Below are positions 43,653 to 54,662 of a stretch of DNA of 64,000 bases, piece by piece; the first letter of the stretch is position 1, and every line of letters starts with the position of its first letter. Source of the DNA: Alphaproteobacteria bacterium (GTDB lineage: Bacteria > Pseudomonadota > Alphaproteobacteria > MPNO01 > UBA830); the NCBI GenBank assembly GCA_964291215.2, contig OZ219791.1, forward strand, positions 160,001 to 224,000. Direction: 5' to 3'. The notes under the pieces are model-generated. The model was not told the origin of the DNA, ran no database searches, and saw only the letters and a program-made list of their open reading frames with translations. The position numbers and the translations under genes are program-made.

Positions 43653-44330
43653 TCAGGAGAGTTCGGGGACCTCCATCGTCCGGCAGGCATCGCGGCCGCC
43701 GAGCGGTGCGCCGGTGCGGCTCTGCAGCTCGTCGAAGGTGATGCCGGCGACGGCTTCCCGCGCCACCAAGCCTTCGGGAGTGACGTCGATGACGGCGATG
43801 TCCGTGAAGATCCGGTCGACCGCGCGCTCGCCGGTCAGCGGCAGGGCGCAGTCCTGCACGATCTTGAAGCCGCCGTTCCGCGTGTTGTGCGTTGTCATCA
43901 CCAACACGCGCCGCGCTCCGACAGCAAGATCCATGGCGCCGCCGACTGCCGGCACCGACCGTTCTCCGCCGGTGGACCAGTTGGCGAGATCGCCGACAGC
44001 GGAGATCTCGAAGGCGCCGAGGACGCAGATGTCGATATGCCCGCCCCGGACCATGGCGAACGAATCCGCGTGGTGAAAGAAAGCCCCTCCAGGCAGCAGC
44101 GTCACCGGCTTCTTGCCGGCATTGATCAGATCGTAATCGACCTCGTTGCCGCCCGGCTCGGGCCCCATTCCCAGGATGCCGTTCTCGCTGTGAAAGATGA
44201 TCTCGCGGCCCTCCGGAATGTGGTTCGCCACCAGTTCCGGCATGCCGATACCGAGATTGACATAGCTTCCCTCGGCAATGTCTTGGGCCACCCGCCATGC
44301 GATCTGGTTGCGTGACAGTTGCGCCGTCAT
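43653..44330 (-). CDS. pcaJ: 3-oxoadipate CoA-transferase beta subunit
   Basis: VNLGIGMP, HSENG, RGGHID, GGAMDL. Confidence 0.9.
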   Translation of the reverse strand: MTAQLSRNQIAWRVAQDIAEGSYVNLGIGMPELVANHIPEGREIIFHSENGILGMGPEPGGNEVDYDLINAGKKPVTLLPGGAFFHHADSFAMVRGGHIDICVLGAFEISAVGDLANWSTGGERSVPAVGGAMDLAVGARRVLVMTTHNTRNGGFKIVQDCALPLTGERAVDRIFTDIAVIDVTPEGLVAREAVAGITFDELQSRTGAPLGGRDACRTMEVPELS

Positions 44331-45052
44331 TCCATTCCTCCCGGCGCGTAGCGCACGCCCCGATCTATCAGGTTCCGTTCGACCGCCGGTTCGGCGACTT
44401 CCACCACCCTGTCGACGAAAATGCCCGGCGTCACGACGTTTTCGGGCGGGATGGCGCCGAGCACGACGACCCGCCGCGCTTGGACCACCGTCGTTCGCGC
44501 CGCCATGCACATGACCGGCCCGAAATTGCGCGCCGCCAGGCGGTAGGTGAGGTTGCCCCAGCGGTCCGCCTGTTCCGCCTTGACGAGGGCGAAATCGGCG
44601 TGGAGCGGCTCCTCGAGCACGTATTCGACGCCATCCACGATCCGCGAGTCCTTGCCCTCGGCCAGCGGCGTGCCAACCGTCGTCCGGGTATAGAACCCGC
44701 CGATTCCGGCACCGGCCGCGCGCAGCCGTTCAGCCAAGGTGCCCTGGGGCACGACCTCGAGCTCGATCCGGCCCTCACGGTAGAGGGTCTCGAACACCTC
44801 AGAATTGGTCGACCTCGGAAACGAGCAGATCATCTTACGCACGCAGCCATGGGCAAGCAGGGCGGCAAGGCCGACATGCCCGTTTCCGGCATTGTTGTTG
44901 ACCAGGGTGAGGTCGCGGAGGCCGCGGTCGATGAGCGCATGCACGAGCTCGGTCGGGTTGCCCGACTCGCCGAAGCCGCTGACGAGCACCGTCGACCCGT
45001 CTTCGACCGTTGACACCGCCTCATGCACACTGTCGACGATCTTGTTGAGCAT
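44327..45052 (-). CDS. pcaI: 3-oxoadipate CoA-transferase alpha subunit
   Basis: SGFG, NNNAGNG, CSFPR, PQGTLAERLRAAGAG, ARNFGP. Confidence 0.92.
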   Translation of the reverse strand: MLNKIVDSVHEAVSTVEDGSTVLVSGFGESGNPTELVHALIDRGLRDLTLVNNNAGNGHVGLAALLAHGCVRKMICSFPRSTNSEVFETLYREGRIELEVVPQGTLAERLRAAGAGIGGFYTRTTVGTPLAEGKDSRIVDGVEYVLEEPLHADFALVKAEQADRWGNLTYRLAARNFGPVMCMAARTTVVQARRVVVLGAIPPENVVTPGIFVDRVVEVAEPAVERNLIDRGVRYAPGGME

Positions 45053-45160
45053 ATCGATCCTAGGAGTTCGCGCCCCGGTCGGGCCCGGATCCCATGACGG
45101 GGCGAGCGCCGCGGAAGATAGCGGTTTCGGAAACCGAAACAAGCCTTGCCCAGCGCCGCG

Positions 45161-47085
45161 CAAGACTTTCCCACGCTACGTCTGATCTTTCGCGAGACCG
45201 ACGAATCGAGGCCAAATCGGGATGTCCTGGGCGGGTTCCGTGGCGCCGCCCGTGCGCCGACATCGGCAGCGTTTCCGGCCCGGATGCTTCGTTCTTGATG
45301 TTCTGGCGGCGTCCCGGACGCTCGTGGCGTCTCAGGGCCGGATCAAGGCCTCGCGGCGGTCGAGTTGCAGGCGGCGCCGGGTTTCGGCCTTGCGGCGGTT
45401 GGCGAAGATCACCGCGAGCGCGATGTTGTTGCGGCAGGCCCGGTTCGCCGTTTGCGGTGCGGGTCAGGCAGGCGTCTTCGCCAAAGACACACTCCCTTTG
45501 TCGATGGTTCAGGTTCTCCACGGCCCAGTGACCGCGGCAACTTTTCTGGCGACATCGTCTCTGCATCGAGGGAGGTGATGATGTAATCGGTTTCCGTGTA
45601 CTCCTTCCCTTCCTTCCCGGCGTCGCCGGAGCCTTTCTTCAACGGCTCCCGGTAGCGGGTGACCTGACGGACCCCCGGATCAGGCCGTCAGATGGGACGC
45701 TGATCGAACGCTGCTCCAGTCGGCGGTGCGCCTTGTCGAGCTTCTCCGTGAAGCTGCCGGTGGCGTCCCTCTGCCAATTGATGCTGTCGAAGGTCTCCGG
45801 GGCGTTTCCCTTGACGACGAAGACATGATCCGCGCGTTGTGTGCCTCGCGGTCCGGCGTGTGCAGCGCGTCGAGGGTGATCACCTTGCCGCCGATGTCGC
45901 TGCGCTCCAGGAGATCGTGCATGGCCGCCAGTTCGCCGCCGTCGAAGTTCAACAGCGCAAAGGGTGCGCCGCTCTCATGAAGGGCCACGGTCTCGTGATG
46001 ACCATCGCCGTTGCGGTTGGCGCCCCGGATGCGCTTGCCGTCGGCGGCGAGCGCCCGGGCGATGTGAAGCCGGGGCCGCGAGCACATCCTCCAGAGCCTC
46101 GGGGTCGATCAAGTGAATGGCCCGGTGGTTGGTGGACTTGGAGACGGGCTCGCGAAGCCCCGTCTTCGGGTTCCGCCACGCGCCTCCAGCTCCTCCCGGG
46201 GCAGGGACTTCGCGAACTGCGCGGCGGCGACACAGCCCTTGATGTTGGCGAGCTCGGCGAGCACGTGTGAGCACGGAGGCCGCGGCATGCTTCCTTCCCT
46301 GCCCCCGGCGGAAGTCGGGAATGGCCGCAAGCTCGGCGTGGAACGAGCGCAGCACCTCGGGGCGCCAGCCCGGGGCGCGGCGCCACGTCGGGGGGAAGCG
46401 GCGGCGGGCTCGACAAAAGCGCCCGGGCCTCAGTGCCGTAACGTGATCTCCTTGCCGTGGGGATAGCGCCCGTCGGAGCGGGCAAACCCCTTCGTTGAGC
46501 CCGGACATTGCCAGCCCTCAACATCGTGCCAGCAAAGAACTCCGGGGCGCAGAACGTCTCCGCCAGCAGCACCGTGCACCTTCAGCCAGTCGTCGCACAG
46601 CCGGCGCGTCATGCACGCAAGGAAACGGGAGGTAAGGTTCGCAAACACCCCGGGCTCGGAGAGGATCAGGAAACGCGTGTTGTTCGCCACCATCGAGAGC
46701 CGCTGCTCCGGCTTCCAGCCGGTCCACCTGTCGCGGGGAGCGCACTTGAAGGCGCCCACGCCGCCAGCCACTGGCCCCTGAAGGTCGCAACGTAGCGCAG
46801 GCCCGCCAGACGACGGAAACCGAGATAGTGGTACTTGTTCATCAGCGCGCCCCACAGCGGACGCTCATCCGGCCTGACCAAGCGTAATCACCTCGGACAG
46901 GGAAAACCCTCGGGAGTTTCCCGATGGATCGGGTGGGCTTCCATGCGCTTGTGAATCGACATGGCCGGACCGTCGCACATCCAGCACTGGATGGACAGCG
47001 GAAACTGCATTCATGCGCGCGCGTACAACATTCGATTCCCCGACGTCAAGAGAAATCAGACGGAATCTAGCGTGGGACTACCCCG
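45161..47085 (-). mobile_element. ISAs1 element with DUF4338-like N-terminal region (pseudo)
   Basis: 9-bp TSD AGCGCCGCG (45152-45160, 47086-47094); KYHYLGF, RDRWTGW, VANNTRFLIL, IPDFRRGQG, DGKRIRG, ITLDALHT, RGHWAVEN. Confidence 0.92.
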
Positions 47086-47155
47086 AGCGCCGCGACGGCC
47101 TCTGCGGGCGGACGGCCGGTTTGACGCCGCGACGGCCGGGATACAGGATTCCGCC

Positions 47156-48415
47156 ATGCGTACGCTCTGCCGCGATTGCCGCGCCGTGCATGCCGGCAAC
47201 GAGATGACGTCATGCGTGGCCTGCGGAGGCGGCCGGCTGGTCTCGCATGTCGAGCTCGAAAGCCTCGCCATCGCTCACCTCGACTGCGACTCCTTTTACG
47301 CCAGCGTCGAGAAGAACGACGATCCGGCGCTGCGCGACCGGCCGGTGCTGGTCGGCGGCCGACGCCGCGGCGTGGTGATGGCGGCATGCTACGTCGCGCG
47401 CCGCTACGGGGTCCACTCGGCAATGCCGATGTTCAAGGCCCTGCGCGCCTGTCCCGAGGCCGTCGTGATCGCCCCGGACATGGCCAAGTACAGCCGTGTC
47501 GGACGCCGGATTCGCACCATGATGCGCGAGGTGACGCCGCTGGTCGAGCCGATCTCGATCGACGAGGCGTTCCTCGACCTCGCCGGAACCGAGCGGCTTC
47601 ACGGCGGCAGCCCGGCCCGCACCATGGCGGCCCTCGCCGCGGAAATCGAGAACCGGACCGGGATCCCGGTGTCCGTCGGCCTGAGCTGCAACAAGTTCCT
47701 CGCCAAGTTGGCCTCCGGCCTCGACAAGCCGCGCGGTTTCAGGATCATCGGCCGCGCGGAGGCGGTCTCCGTGCTGGCAGCGCTGCCGGTGGAACGAATC
47801 TGGGGCGTTGGCGTGGTGATGCAGAAACGCCTTGCCCGCGACGGGCTGACGACGATCGGCCAGCTCCAAGCCGTGGCGGAGAGCGAACTCGTCCGCCGCT
47901 ACGGCGAACTCGGGCTCCGTCTCGCGCGGCTGTCTCGGGGCGAAGATGCGCGCGCGGTCGACCCCGAGACGGAACGCAAGAGCGTGTCGAGCGAAACGAC
48001 GTTCGAAACCGACATCTCGGATCCCGGACGGCTCGAGCGGATCCTGTGGCGCCGGGCGGAAGCTGTTTCCGCCAGCCTCAAGAAAGAGGGCATCGGTGGG
48101 CGGACCGTGACGCTCAAGCTCAAGACGGCGAAATTCGCGATACGCACGAGGTCGCGAACGCTCAGCCACCCGACCCAGATGGCCGACGTAATCTATGCCA
48201 CCGCGCGCCACCTGCTGCGGCGTGAGGCCGGCGGGGAACGGTTTCGCCTGCTCGGCGTGGGCCTCTCCGATCTCGCATCGGCGGATATGTGCGATCCGTT
48301 CGACCTTGCCGATCCGGACCTTGCCCAGCGCAAGAAGATCGAAAATGTCGTCGATGACCTTCGCGAGCGGTTCGGCGGCAACGCGATTGCCAAGGGGCGC
48401 ACCCTGGACTCCTGA
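47156..48415 (+). CDS. dinB: DNA polymerase IV
   Basis: HLDCDSFYASVE, ACYVAR.YGVHSAMP, SIDEAFLD, KFLAKLAS..KPRG; N-terminal CxxC..CxxC. Confidence 0.96.
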   Translation: MRTLCRDCRAVHAGNEMTSCVACGGGRLVSHVELESLAIAHLDCDSFYASVEKNDDPALRDRPVLVGGRRRGVVMAACYVARRYGVHSAMPMFKALRACPEAVVIAPDMAKYSRVGRRIRTMMREVTPLVEPISIDEAFLDLAGTERLHGGSPARTMAALAAEIENRTGIPVSVGLSCNKFLAKLASGLDKPRGFRIIGRAEAVSVLAALPVERIWGVGVVMQKRLARDGLTTIGQLQAVAESELVRRYGELGLRLARLSRGEDARAVDPETERKSVSSETTFETDISDPGRLERILWRRAEAVSASLKKEGIGGRTVTLKLKTAKFAIRTRSRTLSHPTQMADVIYATARHLLRREAGGERFRLLGVGLSDLASADMCDPFDLADPDLAQRKKIENVVDDLRERFGGNAIAKGRTLDS

Positions 48416-48555
48416 GATCCGACGAGGCCAGGAAGCCGCCGGAGGGCGCCGGGAGACGCGATTTCGATTGCGGGAGATGACGGGCCAGTCGCCGGTCCGG
48501 GGTCTTGCGGGTGAACGCAAGCCCGCGGAGGCGGACGCATCCGTCACGAGCGAGG

Positions 48556-48981
48556 CTAGCGCACCACCAGTACGGACCTCGACGAATGGCGGACGACACG
48601 GGCGGCATTGGGCCCGAGCAGGTAGTCCTGAAGCTCGGGCCGGTGCGCACTCATGATGATCAGGTCTGCATCAGCCCGGTCCGCGATCTCGATGATCGCC
48701 TTGTAGATCGTCCCGCTCTCCACGATTTGGCGCACCTTGACGTTTGCCGGAACGCGGTCGGCGACAAATCTCGTCAGCAGGCCCACGGTGTGTTCGCGCA
48801 TCCTCTTTTCGTGGTCTTCCGGAAAATAGTCGGAAACCATCGGGAGCCCGAACTCCGGGACCACGGTCAGCACGTCAAGCCGGGCATCGAACGTGGTGCA
48901 GTACCCGACGGCAATCGGCAGGGCCTTGACCCACGAGCTTTCGTTTCCGAGGTCGATCGGCAGCAGGATCTTGCTGTACAT
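48556..48981 (-). CDS. Universal stress protein (UspF/TeaD-like)
   Basis: ILLPIDL, ADLIIMSAHRP, LLGPNAARVVRHS..SVLVVR; follows TRAP permease. Confidence 0.92.
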   Translation of the reverse strand: MYSKILLPIDLGNESSWVKALPIAVGYCTTFDARLDVLTVVPEFGLPMVSDYFPEDHEKRMREHTVGLLTRFVADRVPANVKVRQIVESGTIYKAIIEIADRADADLIIMSAHRPELQDYLLGPNAARVVRHSSRSVLVVR

Positions 48982-49017
48982 CGCATGCGCTCCCCGTGTT
49001 TCACCGCGCCCCGACGC

Positions 49018-51618
49018 CTAACCGGCGGCCGGTCCGCGTTCCCGCCGCCGTCGCTGAAGCCACCAGACGCCCGCCAGGAGCACCAGGGCCGGAATGACGA
49101 ACACCTCCTTCGGCATGCGGTCCCTGTCGAGCTCGATCGACGTTATCTGCCAGTCGAAATCGAGTTTCGCATCGGCCGCCGGGCTTCCAGGAACGACGTT
49201 GTCGATCAGGACCTTGCCGTCCTCGACGCGGATCTCGATGCCAGCCACGGCGAGCCGCTTCGGCGCGGCGGCAGCCGGGCCGAGCGGCAGGACGGCCGTC
49301 GTCGCGACCGCCTTGCCGTCTATGGTTTCCCCTTCCACCCGGATCCTGAGACTGGCGTCGGCGGGCATTTTTTCGACGATCTGGACGATTGGCGCCGGAT
49401 CGGTGTCCACATAGGGAGCCTCTACCATGTCGAGCCAGAAGCCCGGCCGGAACAGGGTGAACGTCACCAGAAGCAGGACGGCCGTCTCCCACAGGCGACT
49501 CCTGACGATGAAGTAGCCCTGGGTCGCCGCAGCAAATGCCAGCATCGCAACTGTGGCCACGGCAAAGACCAGTATCGCTTCGCCCCAGCCGACATCGATC
49601 AGCAGAAGGTCGGTGTTGAACACGAACATGAACGGCAGGATTGCGGTCCGGATGTCGTACATGAAGCCCTGCAGGCCGGTCTTGATGGGGTCCCCTCCCG
49701 AAATCGCCGAAGCGGCGTAGGCCGCGAGGCCGACCGGTGGCGTGTCGTCGGCTAGGATCCCGAAATAGAACACGAACATGTGCATCGCGATCAACGGAAT
49801 CACCAGCCCGGACTGCGGCGCCAGAACCTGCATCACCGGAACCATCATGCTGGCGACGACGATGTAGTTCGCGGTCGTCGGCAGCCCCATACCCAGAATC
49901 AGGCAAATCAGCGCCGTGAACAGGAGGACGAGGATCAGGCTGCCGCCGGAGATGAACTCGACGAAATCCGCAAGCACCCACTGTATGCCGGTCAGCGACA
50001 CCGTGCCGACCACGATGCCGGCCGTGGCCGTGGCGACGCCGATCCCGATCATGTTGCGGGCGCCGGTCTCGAGGCTCACGACAAAGTCGTTCCAGCCGCT
50101 GCGCCACGCGGCGGAGAGGTTTCCGGAGCCGTCGAACATGGCGCGCAGCGGCCGCTGGGTGAGAACGATGACGACGAGGAACACGGTCGCCCAGAACGCC
50201 GACAGGCCCGGCGAGAATTTTTCGACGCCGAGGCACCAGACGAGCACCACCACCGGAAGGAGATAGTGCAGCCCGGACTTCACCGTGGGCCCGACCTCGG
50301 GAATCTCGGTGACATCGCCGAACGGATTGTCGGGCTCCGGATACCGCGCCGCGTAGCGGATGAGGCCGACATAGGCGGCGACGAGCAGGATCGAGGCGAT
50401 CACCGGCGAGGCCGGACCGGTCGCGGTCTTGATCCAGCCGAGCCCGTAATAGACCACCGCGCCGATGACGATAAGCGCGATGAAGATGCTGAGAAAGGTG
50501 ATCAGCGACTGGACCAGGCGGGGCGGATTCTTGCGCGGAAGGCCCTTCAGGTCGGCCTTGAGGGATTCGAGGTGGACGATATAGACGAGCGCGATATAGG
50601 AGATCAGCGCCGGCAGCAGCGCATGGGTGATGACCTCGATGTAGGAAATGCCGACATACTCGATCATCAGGAACGCGGCGGCGCCCATGATCGGGGGCGT
50701 GAGCTGGCCGTTCGTCGACGACGCGACCTCGACGGCGCCCGCCTTCTCGGACGGAAAGCCGATGCGCTTCATGAGCGGAATAGTGAATGTGCCGGTGGTA
50801 ACCACGTTGGCGATCGAGGAACCCGATATCAGGCCCGTCATTCCCGAGGAGATGACCGCGGCCTTGGCGGGGCCTCCCCGCATGTGTCCAAGCAGCGAGA
50901 ACGCGACGCGGATGAAGTACCCGCCGGCGCCGGCCCGCTCGAGCAGGGCGCCGAACAGCACGAACAGGAACACGAAACTCGTTGAAACTCCGAGCGCGAC
51001 CCCGAAAACGCCTTCGGTGGTGAGCCACTGATGGCCCATCGCCTTGGAGAAGGTCGCGCCCTTCCAGCGCAGGGCATCGGGGACGATCGAGCTGTCACCG
51101 AAGAAAACATAGGCCAGGAACACGGTCGCGACGATCATCAGCGGCGGGCCGAGGGCGCGCCGCGTGGCCTCGAGAAGCGCGATCAGGCCGATGCCGGCGA
51201 CCCACAGGTCGAGGGTGATCGGGGCGCCCGGGCGCCCTGCGAGCGATTCGTAGAACAGAAACAGATAGGCGGCGCAGAACGCGCCGAGGAGCGCGAAGAT
51301 CCAGTCCTGCAGCGGCACGCGGTCACGCGGCGACCGCTTCAGCGCCGGAAACGCCATGTAGGCGAGGAACACCGCAAACGCGAGATGGATCGAACGGGTT
51401 TCGGAACTGTTCAGCACCGGGAGCACGCCGGCGACCATGAACGGAAGCGGCGAGGCAATCCACAGCTGGAATAACGACCAGACGATCGCCGTTCCGGCGA
51501 GTATGCGGCCGACCGGACCGGTCGGCGAGCGGGAACCGGTGTCTACCGACGCGACGATGTCGTCGGCGCCCCCGCCGGGGTCCGCCGAGCGCGATTGAGC
51601 CTGATCCGACATGGCCAT
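49018..51618 (-). CDS. TRAP transporter 4TM/12TM fusion permease
   Basis: GGPAKAAV, SGSSIANV, GMGLPTTANY, DDTPPVGLAA. Confidence 0.95.
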   Translation of the reverse strand: MAMSDQAQSRSADPGGGADDIVASVDTGSRSPTGPVGRILAGTAIVWSLFQLWIASPLPFMVAGVLPVLNSSETRSIHLAFAVFLAYMAFPALKRSPRDRVPLQDWIFALLGAFCAAYLFLFYESLAGRPGAPITLDLWVAGIGLIALLEATRRALGPPLMIVATVFLAYVFFGDSSIVPDALRWKGATFSKAMGHQWLTTEGVFGVALGVSTSFVFLFVLFGALLERAGAGGYFIRVAFSLLGHMRGGPAKAAVISSGMTGLISGSSIANVVTTGTFTIPLMKRIGFPSEKAGAVEVASSTNGQLTPPIMGAAAFLMIEYVGISYIEVITHALLPALISYIALVYIVHLESLKADLKGLPRKNPPRLVQSLITFLSIFIALIVIGAVVYYGLGWIKTATGPASPVIASILLVAAYVGLIRYAARYPEPDNPFGDVTEIPEVGPTVKSGLHYLLPVVVLVWCLGVEKFSPGLSAFWATVFLVVIVLTQRPLRAMFDGSGNLSAAWRSGWNDFVVSLETGARNMIGIGVATATAGIVVGTVSLTGIQWVLADFVEFISGGSLILVLLFTALICLILGMGLPTTANYIVVASMMVPVMQVLAPQSGLVIPLIAMHMFVFYFGILADDTPPVGLAAYAASAISGGDPIKTGLQGFMYDIRTAILPFMFVFNTDLLLIDVGWGEAILVFAVATVAMLAFAAATQGYFIVRSRLWETAVLLLVTFTLFRPGFWLDMVEAPYVDTDPAPIVQIVEKMPADASLRIRVEGETIDGKAVATTAVLPLGPAAAAPKRLAVAGIEIRVEDGKVLIDNVVPGSPAADAKLDFDWQITSIELDRDRMPKEVFVIPALVLLAGVWWLQRRRRERGPAAG

Positions 51619-51679
51619 CCCGTCTCCCGTTCGACGCTTTCCGGCGATTGCTGCGAGTTCGCCACGCCGGCAGGATTCA

Positions 51680-51701
51680 GGGGAAGGCGTCCGCCTTCCC
51701 C
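51680..51701 (-). terminator. Intercistronic hairpin after TAXI gene
   Basis: GGGGAAGGC-GTCC-GCCTTCCCC. Confidence 0.55.
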
Positions 51702-51714
51702 CGGAACAGGCTGG

Positions 51715-52695
51715 CTACATCCAGCCCTTCTCCTTGTAGTACTTGGCCGCCCCGTCATGCAGAGGCGCCGAAAGACCGTCCTTGATCATTTCCTTTTCCT
51801 TCAGCACCTTGAATGCGGGATGGAGCTTCTTGAAGCTGGCGAAATTCTCGAAGACCGCCTTCACGACCTCATAGGCCACGCGCTCGGGCACGCGCGTCGA
51901 TGACACGAAGGTGGCGCCGACGCCGAACGTCTTGGTGTCGTTGGCATTGCCGCTATACATGCCGCCCGGAATCGTGGCATGGCGATAGAAGGCGTTGTCC
52001 TTCACCAGCTTGTCGATTGCCGCGCCGGTTACGTTGACGAGCACCGACTTGCACGATGTCGTTGCTTCCTTGATCGAACCTGACGGATGCCCGACGGTGA
52101 ACACCATGGCGTCGATCTTGTTGTCGCACAGCGCCTGGCTCTGCTCGGCGGACTTGAGCTCGGAGGCGAGCTTGAACATGTCCTTGTTCCAGCCCATGGC
52201 GCTCATCACCACTTCCATGGTGCCGCGCTGGCCGGAACCGGGATTGCCGATATTCACCCGCTTGCCCTTGAGATCGCCAAAGTTCTTGATCTTGGAATCG
52301 GCCCGCGCAACCACCGTGAAGGGCTCGGGATGAACCGAGAAGACGGCCCGCAAGTCCTTGAATGCACCGGCCTTATTGAACTTAGAGGTGCCATGGTAGG
52401 CGTGGTGCTGCCAGTCCGACTGGGCGACGCCGAAGTCGAGCTCGCCGGCGCGGATGGTGTTGATGTTGTACACGGAACCGCCGGTCGATTCGACCGAGCA
52501 GCGGATGCCGTGGGCCTTGCGGCCCTTGTTGACGAGGCGACAGATCGCGCCGCCCGTGGGATAGTAGACCCCGGTGACACCGCCGGTGCCGACCGAGATG
52601 AACTGTTGTTGCGCTTCAGCGGCGCTGCCGGTCGCGAGACCGTGAACGCCGATGCCGACCACCGCAGCCGAAACCGCGCAAATGATCTTTCTCAT
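51715..52695 (-). CDS. TAXI-family TRAP solute-binding protein
   Basis: Signal peptide, [41 protein letters not shown]. Confidence 0.95.
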   Translation of the reverse strand: MRKIICAVSAAVVGIGVHGLATGSAAEAQQQFISVGTGGVTGVYYPTGGAICRLVNKGRKAHGIRCSVESTGGSVYNINTIRAGELDFGVAQSDWQHHAYHGTSKFNKAGAFKDLRAVFSVHPEPFTVVARADSKIKNFGDLKGKRVNIGNPGSGQRGTMEVVMSAMGWNKDMFKLASELKSAEQSQALCDNKIDAMVFTVGHPSGSIKEATTSCKSVLVNVTGAAIDKLVKDNAFYRHATIPGGMYSGNANDTKTFGVGATFVSSTRVPERVAYEVVKAVFENFASFKKLHPAFKVLKEKEMIKDGLSAPLHDGAAKYYKEKGWM

Positions 52696-53360
52696 GGTCA
52701 AGAGCCTTTCTGTTCTGGTTGTCGAGATCCGAAAGACCGCCTCCCGGATGGGCGATGCGCAGGTTCCGGACAACCGGACGGCCGCCCGCGCCAGCGGATG
52801 ATGACCCCTGATGCCGTCGTCGGGAAGGCCCGTATGGCAGCCCGAACGCATCGCTGCGGCGACTGTAGACAGCGGCTTCCCCAGCGTCAAGGTCGGCGAC
52901 CGCACAGCCAAGGTGATCCCATGCTTGTTGATGTGATGTGATCGGAGTCCTGATCGCGGCGCGGGTCGACGCGTTCGAGGCTGCGATTTTGAGATTGCTG
53001 ACGCGCTGTTGCGGCGCGGGGCGCGATTGGTCGGCGTATCCGGGGCGAGCAAGAGGCCTTGGTTGCCGGGCTTGAAAGCTTGCGGTTTCTGTCGGGGAGA
53101 GAGGCGCGGTCAGCCTGGTCTTGTGATTGCGTGCAGGACCTGCTTGCGCTTGTCGGCATGGTGGGAAGCTGTTGAAGGGTTTGGGCAGCTTGCGCTTGTT
53201 GTGGATGATGATTGCGAGGGTGATCGCGTTGTTTGCGGGCGCGTTCGGAGCATGGAGTCGTCTTCGCGGAAGGTGGCGTCGCGGACATGATGATGGCTCT
53301 CGGCTACCCGGTGTCCACGATTCCATGCGAGCAACTGTTGCGGCGAGGCGCGCTCGACCG

Positions 53361-54662
53361 AGCATCCATGTTTCTTGGCAAGGTTTTTGCGGGTGTCTGT
53401 GGTGATGTTTTCTGTGGTTGTCCACAAGCGGTGTGGGATTTGCTCTGCGAGCGAGGCGACATGAAGCTTGTGGTCCCGGCGGCGGGTTGCCGTCCATTGG
53501 TCACGTGAACGCGGCTACCTTGCCGTCCAGCGTCTCCGGGCATGGTAACGTGACCGTCGTCAATTGGGTTCCAGGTGTCCCAAGGCGGTTCGATCTCCTC
53601 GATGTCGGCCTCGACGATGATCTGCAGACATTCTCCCCAAGTCGTGTCGTAGAGGGAGACTGTCGAGACAGTCCCGATCGCGCTCTCGGCAGGGCCGTGT
53701 CTCCTTCGCTCACTCACCGGTGCTTCAGGCAACGCTGCTGTCGCAGCAAGGTGTTCGCCAGAGCTTGCGCATCACGGCGACAATCGCGACCTTGCTTGCC
53801 GGCAGTCTTGAGGCGCACCAGGTCCGCGTTGAAGCGTGCCGGTTGCGGCCAGGAGATCACGTGGCCTGCCCGCCACGGATGTGCCGAGCACCGTGGTCGT
53901 TGGCGCCACCCCGATCAAGGCTGCCGACGCTGCCGAGTTCGGGCATCCAGCAAAGAAAAGCCGTGGCGGTCACCGGATCGAGGTCAGGATGGCGTAGCTC
54001 TGCTCGGGATCACCGGCGATCACCGCTTTGATCGCCGCGCCGGCGGTCATCGAGATCGGCCGCCGAGGCCCTTGTGACGGTCTCGCCATCCACCTCATCT
54101 GCCACGCGTCGACAAGCGCGGCACCAGGAGATCCTCCAGGCTCTTGAGGAAGGCGGAGCCACAGGCTCACCGTGCCAATCCTGGCGTCGACGCGGTTGGC
54201 CCATCGCCTCGGCGAAGCGCCCGCAACGGGTTGACGAGAATAACCTCGAAGCCCCGGTCATGAAGACACTGGTAAACCTTGCGGTGATAGCGGCCTGTCG
54301 CCCACCACCCGGCTCACCCCGAGGCCGCGAAGCCACCTGCTCGTGGCGTCGTTCGCAAAACAATGCGCCAGATGTCCAGACTGGCTGACCCCTGCTACTA
54401 CCTTGACCATCGCTCCTCGCCTTGTGATGATACGGGTTCAGGCATCCATGCGAGGGACGTCAAGGGAGGTTGCCAAACTCGGACGCGGCTCTGTCAAGGT
54501 CAAAACGGCAACCTCCGCGGAGATCGTTTGATCCCCTGTGCGTGTTCGCTCAGGGGAGCGGAATCTCTCTGCAACCATAGCTCTCCCACAGATCCACATT
54601 TTCCCGCCCCCAACTGCTGTGGATGATTTCATCATCAAGGGGACAAAACCTGGTCATATAAG
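53361..54662 (-). mobile_element. IS110 family element, copy 2 (pseudo)
   Basis: Colinear with copy 1; CT cores; removal restores ISAs1 codons EHAMTSVERASP. Confidence 0.9.
54415..54570 (-). ncRNA. Putative IS110 bridge RNA (copy 2, eroded); boundaries approximate
   Basis: Perfect GGAGGTTGCC/GGCAACCTCC stem enclosing TGACCT and GTCCGAG; CATGGATGC donor match. Confidence 0.7.

Noticed and set aside
45161-47085. Druantia defence system
   Set aside because: Only the DUF4338-like domain, inside IS ends; no DruE helicase or other dru genes.
49001-51028. Long alternative-frame ORFs (e.g. 675 aa here, 544 aa at 36275, 500 aa at 59232)
   Set aside because: Arg/Pro/Ala-rich shadow ORFs of GC-rich real genes.
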